This document shows, one piece after another, positions 25,372 to 32,000 of a DNA stretch of 32,000 bases. Source of the DNA: Vulcanisaeta distributa DSM 14429 (GTDB lineage Archaea > Thermoproteota > Thermoprotei > Thermoproteales > Thermocladiaceae). The stretch covers positions 90,001-122,000 of the forward strand of contig NC_014537.1 in assembly GCF_000148385.1 (NCBI RefSeq). The letters run 5' to 3'. A program made the position numbers and the translations under genes. Position 1 is the first letter of the stretch; each line of letters begins with the position of its first letter. The notes below the pieces were generated by a model. It saw only the letters and a list, made by a program, of their open reading frames with translations. It ran no database searches and was not told the origin of the DNA.

Positions 25372-26586
25372 TTAATCACCCTTACCAACATTGGCAATGT
25401 ATATGTATGGCTTTAGCCCTGTCGTGCCTCGGTAAATACTCTTGTTCGTGAATAGTTCGGGTTTGAAGTATGCCTTTGTCCTTATGCCATACCTTATGAG
25501 TACCTCGTTAATTACGTTGGCGACATTAATCACGACGTTTAGCGCTAGGAATGATGGTACGTAGAATATCAGGGGTATTCCGCCCTCATTATCCCTAGGG
25601 TTAAATAACGTCTTTGATTCGTAGTGTAAGTCTCTCCTTATTAACTCATTGATTATTTCTATGAATACCTTGCCGTAAATGTCCCTCCTCCTTATAAACA
25701 CCATCCATTTACCACCAATCACGGGCACATACAGCATATCATCATCTAGACGACCCATAAGCAGCAATCGCCTAACCTCATTCTGGTTAATTAGGAAGAG
25801 GAGTTCGTCCTTCAACACCGTAATTCCCGCCTTTTCCAGTCTTTCCTCAACAGTACTTATTAATCGGTCGTAATCCTCAACATCCTTCAACAACTGCAGC
25901 GTTTCCTGCAACGCCTTTTCACAAACACCGCCAGTGTTTAGGCAGTGAAACCAGCCATCCCATCGGGAACAATGCATGCTTAACATGGTGTTCATTAACT
26001 CCTCAACCTTAACCCTCAAGTCACTTGGCAACCCAATATCATTATTAATCCTAACGACCCAATTAACCCCATTCAGGGTATGCCATACCCCGAAGACCTC
26101 CCTAACAATCCTCCTGGCAGTACTTACGTCAACACCATTAACACGGGCTAGGTGATTAATTGCCGCCTCACTTAACCCATGAACCTTCGCATAACCCTGA
26201 TGCTTAGCCAGGTGGCAGTTGCGGCATAACCTCCTTAGGTGGGTAATCACGGCAATACCCTCATTACCCTTAACCACGTAGTCCCACTCCTCATCAATCT
26301 CAGCGCCAGGCGCACCACAAACCTCACATGGGCCGTTCCTATTGAGTGAAAACCACCAATCCCTAACCCTCCTAACAGCATCACCACAGCCACTGCACAT
26401 CGCATCAGCAATGTATGGGCTCATATTCGCAATATTCGCCAAGCTAATACCCCATAGAGGGCTCGGCACAAGCCTAGGGCACAACCTAGTCAACTCACCG
26501 CAGGCACTAACGTACACATCACCCAAATCACTAGGCAACATTAAACCCACACAAGAATTCACGCAGAATTTAATAAGCCCTTCCAA
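25372..26586 (-). CDS. Fusion protein: N-terminal HNH-like (beta-beta-alpha-Me) zinc-finger domain, a central helical region and a C-terminal domain resembling DUF1917/Bles03-like
   Basis: The N-terminal part reads RLVPSPLWGISLANI..CSGCG..RDWWFSL..GPCEVCGAPGAEIDEEWDY-x17-LRRLCRNCHLAKHQGYAKVHG. The C-terminal part reads IGGKWMVFIRR...YESK...GIPLIFYVPSF...AYFKPELFTNKSIYRG. The start is TTG at 26586 or the ATG at codon 16. Confidence 0.6.
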   Translation of the reverse strand: MEGLIKFCVNSCVGLMLPSDLGDVYVSACGELTRLCPRLVPSPLWGISLANIANMSPYIADAMCSGCGDAVRRVRDWWFSLNRNGPCEVCGAPGAEIDEEWDYVVKGNEGIAVITHLRRLCRNCHLAKHQGYAKVHGLSEAAINHLARVNGVDVSTARRIVREVFGVWHTLNGVNWVVRINNDIGLPSDLRVKVEELMNTMLSMHCSRWDGWFHCLNTGGVCEKALQETLQLLKDVEDYDRLISTVEERLEKAGITVLKDELLFLINQNEVRRLLLMGRLDDDMLYVPVIGGKWMVFIRRRDIYGKVFIEIINELIRRDLHYESKTLFNPRDNEGGIPLIFYVPSFLALNVVINVANVINEVLIRYGIRTKAYFKPELFTNKSIYRGTTGLKPYIYIANVGKGD

Positions 26587-26629
26587 AATTAAGAAGCAGC
26601 GTGCTTACCTGTACAACATGGCACGTTTT

Positions 26630-26899
26630 CTAAGTAATCCTCAACCTTAGCCTCTCGGTGGGAATTAAATCAGCAATCCTCTTGTACCTGAAGTGGATGG
26701 TTATTGGTATGGGTTCCTCGGCATCAAACCTCCTCAAGTCGTTAATGGGTATCTGCGGGTTTGTGGGGGTAGCCGATGCGCTTATGTAACGTGTCGGTAC
26801 GAAGCCCTCGATTACGTAGACCCCACCAACCCACCTAATCACCAGGTATGCGCAATCCATCACGCAAACCACAACACCAGAACTAAAATACCCAACCAC
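26630..26899 (-). CDS. Hypothetical small beta-rich protein (89 aa from GTG; 76 aa from ATG), first gene of the putative operon
   Basis: It is co-oriented with the HNH-fusion gene and lies 43 nt upstream of it. The overlapping plus-strand ORF 26693-26980 looks less protein-like. Confidence 0.4.
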   Translation of the reverse strand: MVGYFSSGVVVCVMDCAYLVIRWVGGVYVIEGFVPTRYISASATPTNPQIPINDLRRFDAEEPIPITIHFRYKRIADLIPTERLRLRIT

Positions 26900-26966
26900 A
26901 CAATCAAGTTACCGAGGCGTTACAGCAATTCGGTAATTGGGGTTTGCTGGGTGGGTAATCTATTAA

Positions 26967-26998
26967 AACCCACTTATTAAATTATTAATAAGTGGGTT
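26967..26998. promoter_or_regulatory. Perfect 14-bp inverted repeat with a 4-nt spacer, overlapping the AT-rich TATA-like region of a divergent promoter
   Basis: The sequence is aacccacttattaa-atta-ttaataagtgggtt. It ends 3 nt before the GTG (27002) of the methyltransferase and lies 68 nt upstream of the minus-strand start at 26899. Confidence 0.6.
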
Positions 26999-27001
26999 AT
27001 T

Positions 27002-27697
27002 GTGTTTGAGGCTGGTAGGTATGATTCTTGGTTTCTTAGGAATAATTACGTGCTTGAGTCCGAGGTTTTGCTTCTGAAGTACATGCTTGAGCCTGGCCCG
27101 GGTAGGGCTTTGAGTGTTGGTTGTGGCTCTGGGCTTTTCGAGTTTATTCTCAGGACTAGGTATGGGATTGTTATTAGTGATTGTGTTGAGCCTAGCCCAG
27201 CAATGGCTGAGGTTGCCAGGGCTAGGGGGCTTAATGTTAGGATTGGTTATGCCGAGGAGCTACCCTTCGAGGACTCCACCTTCGACACAGTGATACTCAA
27301 TGGCGTGCTGGACTACGTTAAGGATGATGTTAAGGCAGTTAGGGAGGCCTACAGGGTGTTGAGGCCTGGTGGACACATTGTGGTTGCCGACGTGATTGCC
27401 GAGGGCTCCTACGGACTACTCTACAGGCTTGCCGAGCTCCTCGGCTCGTGGGATGACCCGTACATAGCCAGGGTTAGGCCTTTGAACCCATACCCAATTG
27501 AGTATGTTAGGCAGGCCAGGTGGCACACGGTTGATGAGATTAGGAGATTGCTCGAGGATGCTGGCTTCATAATTGTTAAGGTTGCGCAAACACTGACTAG
27601 GCACCCGAGGTACTCGAATGAGTCCGTTGAATACCCAATTGACGGCTATGATAGGGGTGATTACGTGGCATTCAAGGGCTGGAAGCCAGGCCCGTGA
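27002..27697 (+). CDS. Class I SAM-dependent methyltransferase (Methyltransf_11-like)
   Basis: The ORF has motif I ALSVGCGSGLF, post-I VEPSPAM, FDTVILNGVLDYV and LRPGGHIVVAD. It has a GTG start. Confidence 0.8.
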   Translation: MFEAGRYDSWFLRNNYVLESEVLLLKYMLEPGPGRALSVGCGSGLFEFILRTRYGIVISDCVEPSPAMAEVARARGLNVRIGYAEELPFEDSTFDTVILNGVLDYVKDDVKAVREAYRVLRPGGHIVVADVIAEGSYGLLYRLAELLGSWDDPYIARVRPLNPYPIEYVRQARWHTVDEIRRLLEDAGFIIVKVAQTLTRHPRYSNESVEYPIDGYDRGDYVAFKGWKPGP

Positions 27698-27775
27698 TGA
27701 GGACTTGTAAGGGATGAGGCGTGGTTAATCCCATTAAAGCAAGCCCATTTAATACGAAACCAAGGCCCCCAGCGA

Positions 27776-27985
27776 CTAGAGTGCCCTTGGCCTCCTTGCC
27801 CTGATTACCCTGACCTTTACCCCATCAACCTCGCTTGGCACCTTAACCCTCCTCTTGGCGAGGGATTCGTCGAGGTATAGTATGACTTCACCATTGTCAA
27901 TGCCAACACCCCAGAAGCCTGTATCGCCAGATAGCACGAACTCACCCAAACAACACATCCCTAACCCTCCTAAGCCCATCCTCAC
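27776..27985 (-). CDS. Hypothetical small protein (69 aa)
   Basis: The only evidence is a GTG-started ORF. The C-terminal half, GFWGVGIDNGEVILYLDESLAKRRVKVPSEVDGVKVRVI, looks like genuine beta-strand sequence. Confidence 0.35.
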   Translation of the reverse strand: MRMGLGGLGMCCLGEFVLSGDTGFWGVGIDNGEVILYLDESLAKRRVKVPSEVDGVKVRVIRARRPRAL

Positions 27986-28106
27986 TCAACACATTCATTA
28001 GTTGTTACCCCCGCCTTAAAAGTGATTACTTAATTCCACAACCACATGCCTCAACCCACAATGCGCATAATGTCACTATTAAGCGCTTGATCACATTATT
28101 AACACA

Positions 28107-28364
28107 CTAATCCCTCGTTAGTAGTTCGATCATGTACCTCATCGTCTTGCCTAGTGTTGCTTCTACTTCGTTTATCTCATCCCTACACGCATACCTAACC
28201 TTGACTGTCTTTGGCTTCTCGCTCGTTATTACGTAGGTCACGCGATACCTCGGCTTAAGTAGGTCATTATTCAATACCCTTACCTGCCTAATCACCCTGA
28301 CCTCCCTATCAAGCACCTCGACGTGGTAGTCACCATCGCACTCCATATAGACCGGCTGCATCAA
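28107..28364 (-). CDS. Hypothetical small protein (85 aa)
   Basis: The only evidence is an ATG-started ORF with coding-like composition. Confidence 0.4.
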   Translation of the reverse strand: MMQPVYMECDGDYHVEVLDREVRVIRQVRVLNNDLLKPRYRVTYVITSEKPKTVKVRYACRDEINEVEATLGKTMRYMIELLTRD

Positions 28365-28516
28365 CTTTGAGTATACTCGATGCAGGATTACCGCCGCGAT
28401 GTGGGTGCATATGGATACAGGGGCAATCCTAGAAAGGCTCAGAAACGCGGGCTACAACGTAAAACTAACTAAAATGCGCTAAACCAAAGCCCATGGGTCA
28501 AAACAAAAAACAATCA

Positions 28517-28614
28517 ATGGTGGGCCCGCCGGGATTCGAACCCGGGACCTCCCGGTTATGAGCCTTACGCGGGGCCTTCGCCCCAGGGCGCTCTACCTGG
28601 CTAAGCTACGGGCC
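28517..28614 (-). tRNA. tRNA-Met/Ile2(CAU): tRNA with anticodon CAU (elongator Met or Ile2) carrying a 21-nt non-canonical intron in the 5' side of the anticodon stem; CCA encoded
   Basis: The reverse complement is GGGCCCGTAGCTTAGCCAGGTAGAGCGCCC[TGGGGCGAAGGCCCCGCGTAA]GGCTCATAACCGGGAGGTCCCGGGTTCGAATCCCGGCGGGCCCACCA. Removing the bracketed 21 nt (about 28564-28584) restores a perfect anticodon stem CCCGG/CCGGG around loop CTCATAA. The intron itself forms a GGGGC-GAAG-GCCCC hairpin. Confidence 0.85.
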
Positions 28615-28771
28615 CTAATGAAAGTGGTTTTATGGCAAATTTAAGCTTTTCGTCTCGGGAATCATTATGGGGTATAGTAATGGAACTTATGACATCCTGT
28701 TCTTGGATCATTATGTGTATAGCCTTGATTTTCTCGTGATGAATCCTTACATGAAATACCTAATTAATTAA

Positions 28772-28945
28772 TTACGATTTTAATTCCAAGACCTCGCCAT
28801 CGACAGTATTCGCAATCTTCAACTCAAAGTCCAGGTTTACCAGTATCTCCCACAGCCTATCAAGAGCTTCATTGCAGGATATCCTGCCCATCCTCGCCTT
28901 ACCAATTATTACTAGGGCCTCGTCAATAGCCTTTGCCGGGCTCAT
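28772..28945 (-). CDS. Unlisted 57-aa ORF (MSPAKAIDEALVIIGKARMGRISCNEALDRLWEILVNLDFELKIANTVDGEVLELKS)
   Basis: This is my own translation; the ORF is below the track's 60-aa cut-off. It has an ATG start and helical, protein-like composition. Confidence 0.35.
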   Translation of the reverse strand: MSPAKAIDEALVIIGKARMGRISCNEALDRLWEILVNLDFELKIANTVDGEVLELKS

Positions 28946-29229
28946 AATTGAAAGCCATGATTAACCATCGGGTTTTAGGTTTGATCGCCCTGTTCCTAGA
29001 AGGAGATTTTCTTTCAACTTGTTATTTTAAATGAACAGTAGTGTTTTTGAGCACTTAACACAATTCATTAATCCAGTGATGACTCATTGCAGTACTGACC
29101 AATGAAGAGACTGACCTGCCCTGATAAGCAACATAGTCAAATTAAAACCACCAATCAGCAAAGCCGTACTCATCAATTTATCAGTCACCTCCTCTCTCCT
29201 CACTTAGGCAAGTATATATCAAGCGCCTT

Positions 29230-31749
29230 TTAAGTCCTTATCGAACCTACAACGCGGAGAAGCTCCTTAACAACCCACGCCTTTACAGCCACATTCCCCT
29301 CATCCGTCACTACCACTACGTCGACGTAATCACCAACCTTAATTACCTCCTCAGGCTTAACCACGGTATCATTAATCAATATCCTAACATTAACCAAGGA
29401 ACCACGCCTACCCACTAACTCCCTCAGGGCCTCATCAACTATTAACGTGGCCAACTCCCTATCAATCAACCTAAGCACACCAAACCTAGCACTAATCATC
29501 GCCAATGCATCCAGCGGCCTATTCAGCGAGTGCCAAACCTCATCCACTGCATTAACCACGTACTTATCAACACCCCTAATGACTGACCTAAGGGCCAGGA
29601 AAAACGCAATACTTGGGTTTAAGTGCTTTCTTAGGGATTGGTAAGCCCTAGAGGCATCACTAACCTTTAAGCCCACGTATTTACCCAGTACGTTAATTCC
29701 CTGACGAAGCAGTGGGTTTGTAAGTGAGTAGGGTCTGAGGACTAGGCTTGGCGATAGCACAGTACTAATCACGGACCTCAACGCTGTTCTTAATGACTCC
29801 CTCTCAATCGTCGATACCCTCCTCATTAGGTATTCCCTAGATAGTGATACGCCGTAAAGCGCTGGCAATAATACATGGGGCGCAACGGCTATTCTCGGTA
29901 AATTTCTAACAGCCCAATACCCAGCCCTTAATGCATGCCTAACGTACCTATACCTTAAAATCTCATGAACCCTCCTCAACCTCACATGCCTCCTTACGGA
30001 ATCACCCTGCTTAACGCGGCCCTTAACGCCCTTAGATATTAATGGACTCACAACGGCAATCACATCCTCATAGTGCACATTGGGCCTTATCTTAACAATA
30101 CTCATTAAATCAAGCCAACGCCTGATCCTTGGGGTCATGGCCGCTAAACCAATAATGCCCAGAAATAGTGCTGAATAGTATGTCGTGTTTATCAGCAGCC
30201 CTATTAACGTGCCTAAATTAAATGGATTTAACTCAGCGTTTTTAATTATCATTAGTGAGTCATTAAGCCAGGTAATGTATGAGCCATTCCACAACGCATA
30301 GTAATTAAGCCTATACGGCTTAATACCAATAATCACAATACTAATCACCGTCTCATTACAAGTGCCGCGGCACGTGAGGGACGCCGTAACCCTAAAACTC
30401 CTTAACTCATTAATTGCACTTGTGTAATTACCCAAGCCACCGCATGACTCATTAACTATGCCAAGTATCGCACTAACCACCTGCTGTGGCACGGTGGTTC
30501 CCTGGTAAATAATTGATGGGTTAAGCACCTGCTCAAGGTCTTGGCAAAAGAGTTCGTGGTTTCTAATAATGCTGTTGATCCAGGACTGTGGGACTATGTT
30601 TGTTGGCGTGCCCTGTACCGTTGAGTACGTTATTGAGCAGTTACCCCCTATGGGATTAATGGGCCTTACTAGCACCTGCGATGCGTATGCAATTACCGTA
30701 ATATTACCACTACAGGGCGTTGTTACGTTTATGACTGCGTAACCATCATTCACGTTAACCCCAGCATTACCAATGCCATTCCACTCATAATTGAATAAGG
30801 CCACTAATGAGTCGCCATTAAATACTGCGATTAACGGTAACCTAATGAACACAGTCCTATTATTAAACCCAGGGCTTATGGCTATTAGGTAATTCACGTT
30901 AAACCTCATGAATAGGGCCACCACGCAATTAACCTTGTAAAGTATTGGTTGTATCCTCAACGTGTAAATTGGTAGGGCTATTAAACCCACACCATTGGGT
31001 AGACCAACAACCTCGCTGTATGTAAAACCATAGCCATTAATGCACAGGACCGACGGTACTGACCTACCCAACTCATCAACCACCTCAATATTTATGAAAC
31101 CCACGTTAGTCGGGACAACACTCATCGTGCTAGGCATACTTATTACCGGTGATGAATACGTGGTGTTTATACCCAGGGGTAGCGCAACGCCAAGGATTAG
31201 GTAAATCGCGACTGGGATAGCCACCGTACTCCTAACCCTAGGTATAACAAGGAGGGGTGCCATGTACGGCATGAACAGCCTAAGCACTCCGCCGATGAGC
31301 ACGGCATACTTAGTGAGCCACAACGCAGCAACAAGTGTTGAGAGGACACGAACAACATAATTAATTACCAGAGTTACTAGGTGCTCAATGACATCGATGA
31401 CGAGAATGATCGAGCCGAGGCCCGACCCAGTGACTACATACATTGCGGCCTCGGCTATGGGTAGACCCACGTTAACGACCACCGAAAGGACTGCGTCAGC
31501 CATACCCAATGAGCCTATCAAGCCATTGTAAGCACTCAACAACCCATCGATTGTATTTATCGCAGTGTTGGTTGAGTATAGGCTACTGGGTATTAAGCCG
31601 TAGAAATTAGTGACCAGGGCAAGGGCTATGGCATACCAAACAAGGTCCTCAACATCAACCCTAAACTCCCTACCCCTAATCACGGCATTAAGCGCCCTAA
31701 CCAATAATGAACCAACCATCACAACTACAACGAGAGTCAGACCCAACAT
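29230..31749 (-). CDS. Large (839 aa) polytopic membrane protein with a sequon-rich ectodomain and a basic cytoplasmic C-terminal domain; function unknown
   Basis: About 6 N-terminal TM helices span aa 1-200. The central region has many N-x-S/T sequons (NRT, NVT, NIT, NCS, NES, NYT, NET, NGS, NDS, NTT) and paired Cys. A further TM helix, YYSALFLGIIGLAAM, follows, and then an Arg-rich 290 aa or so. Confidence 0.65.
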   Translation of the reverse strand: MLGLTLVVVVMVGSLLVRALNAVIRGREFRVDVEDLVWYAIALALVTNFYGLIPSSLYSTNTAINTIDGLLSAYNGLIGSLGMADAVLSVVVNVGLPIAEAAMYVVTGSGLGSIILVIDVIEHLVTLVINYVVRVLSTLVAALWLTKYAVLIGGVLRLFMPYMAPLLVIPRVRSTVAIPVAIYLILGVALPLGINTTYSSPVISMPSTMSVVPTNVGFINIEVVDELGRSVPSVLCINGYGFTYSEVVGLPNGVGLIALPIYTLRIQPILYKVNCVVALFMRFNVNYLIAISPGFNNRTVFIRLPLIAVFNGDSLVALFNYEWNGIGNAGVNVNDGYAVINVTTPCSGNITVIAYASQVLVRPINPIGGNCSITYSTVQGTPTNIVPQSWINSIIRNHELFCQDLEQVLNPSIIYQGTTVPQQVVSAILGIVNESCGGLGNYTSAINELRSFRVTASLTCRGTCNETVISIVIIGIKPYRLNYYALWNGSYITWLNDSLMIIKNAELNPFNLGTLIGLLINTTYYSALFLGIIGLAAMTPRIRRWLDLMSIVKIRPNVHYEDVIAVVSPLISKGVKGRVKQGDSVRRHVRLRRVHEILRYRYVRHALRAGYWAVRNLPRIAVAPHVLLPALYGVSLSREYLMRRVSTIERESLRTALRSVISTVLSPSLVLRPYSLTNPLLRQGINVLGKYVGLKVSDASRAYQSLRKHLNPSIAFFLALRSVIRGVDKYVVNAVDEVWHSLNRPLDALAMISARFGVLRLIDRELATLIVDEALRELVGRRGSLVNVRILINDTVVKPEEVIKVGDYVDVVVVTDEGNVAVKAWVVKELLRVVGSIRT

Positions 31750-31755
31750 GCATGG

Positions 31756-32000
31756 TCACGACAACGCAGACCTAATGGCGTAAATTACAGCAAAGAGCAT
31801 AGCATAGAGGATAATGACTATGACATCCGCCTGCGCAATATACACAGCAAGCCTATTGTAGGCACTAAGCACATCGCCAAAGCCACTAACGCTAAGACCC
31901 ACGTTCTGACACCAGGTAGTCTCAAAGCTCCTAGGGTTAATTATCGACTGTATGACCTTATCACTAATCATGGCGCCATAGAAGGGCTGCGAAGCTATTA
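31756..32000 (-). CDS. Membrane protein, either 71 aa from the ATG at 31971 or the C-terminus of a longer protein; its frame stays open to the right edge
   Basis: The in-frame upstream codons (..IASQPFYGA-MISDKV..) contain no stop before the window ends. The C-terminal TM helix is VIVIILYAMLFAVIYAI. The ORF ends 6 nt before the 839-aa gene. Confidence 0.5.
   Translation of the reverse strand, partial: IASQPFYGAMISDKVIQSIINPRSFETTWCQNVGLSVSGFGDVLSAYNRLAVYIAQADVIVIILYAMLFAVIYAIRSALS

Noticed and set aside
28365-28516. A 30-aa ORF (MQDYRRDVGAYGYRGNPRKAQKRGLQRKTN) lies just downstream of the tRNA(CAU) 3' end, and could be an integrase or att fragment.
   Set aside because: It is too short and low-complexity, resembles no recombinase, and has no repeat partner in the window.
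31968-32000. An apparent ATGA stop/start overlap suggested a third upstream gene ending ..SMAP* at the right edge.
   Set aside because: That frame contains TAA and TAG within the last 6 nt of the window. The frame that actually remains open to the edge is the one of the 71-aa ORF itself.
1-32000. I looked for CRISPR arrays, rRNA genes, IS transposases, integrases and split-tRNA halves.
   Set aside because: I saw no regularly spaced direct repeats, no rRNA-like sequence, no DDE or tyrosine-recombinase motifs, and no additional T-arm (GGTTCRAATCC) sequences outside the two annotated tRNAs. This was a by-eye scan, so short or degenerate elements could have been missed.

Overview
The window looks like a crenarchaeal chromosome, probably Thermoproteales (Vulcanisaeta/Caldivirga type). 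That lineage call is my inference from four things: a PaREP1-type gene, an A-type ATPase proteolipid, a tRNA with a non-canonical intron, and AT-rich TATA-like boxes about 25 nt upstream of start codons. Three regions stand out. (1) 1-16 kb is mostly housekeeping. It holds a gamma-carbonic-anhydrase-like protein, a GT4 glycosyltransferase, a phosphohexomutase, M42, M1 and M20 peptidases, an AzgA-type purine permease, atpK, a KaiC-like ATPase and tRNA-Ser(GCU). Two accessory insertions interrupt it. One is a free-standing double-LAGLIDADG-like ORF that abuts a 5'-truncated CoxL-like gene at the left edge. The other is a two-gene ABC-like ATPase plus mini nuclease-like cassette, next to a decayed PaREP1 gene and tRNA-Ser. 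(2) About 16.0-27.0 kb is a visibly more AT-rich island of ORFans. It has many membrane proteins, three nuclease remnants or pseudogenes, a TraB/Tiki-like protein, and a tightly coupled operon encoding an HNH-like zinc-finger fusion protein plus a DEDD exonuclease. (3) 27-32 kb holds a SAM methyltransferase behind a perfect 14-bp palindrome, a tRNA(CAU) with a 21-nt intron in the anticodon stem, and a membrane-protein operon that runs off the right edge. I saw no CRISPR array, rRNA, integrase or transposase. The best candidates for an undescribed system are the ATPase + 118-aa cassette (10617-12385) and the HNH-fusion + exonuclease operon (24621-26899). All functional calls come from motifs read by eye; no searches were run.
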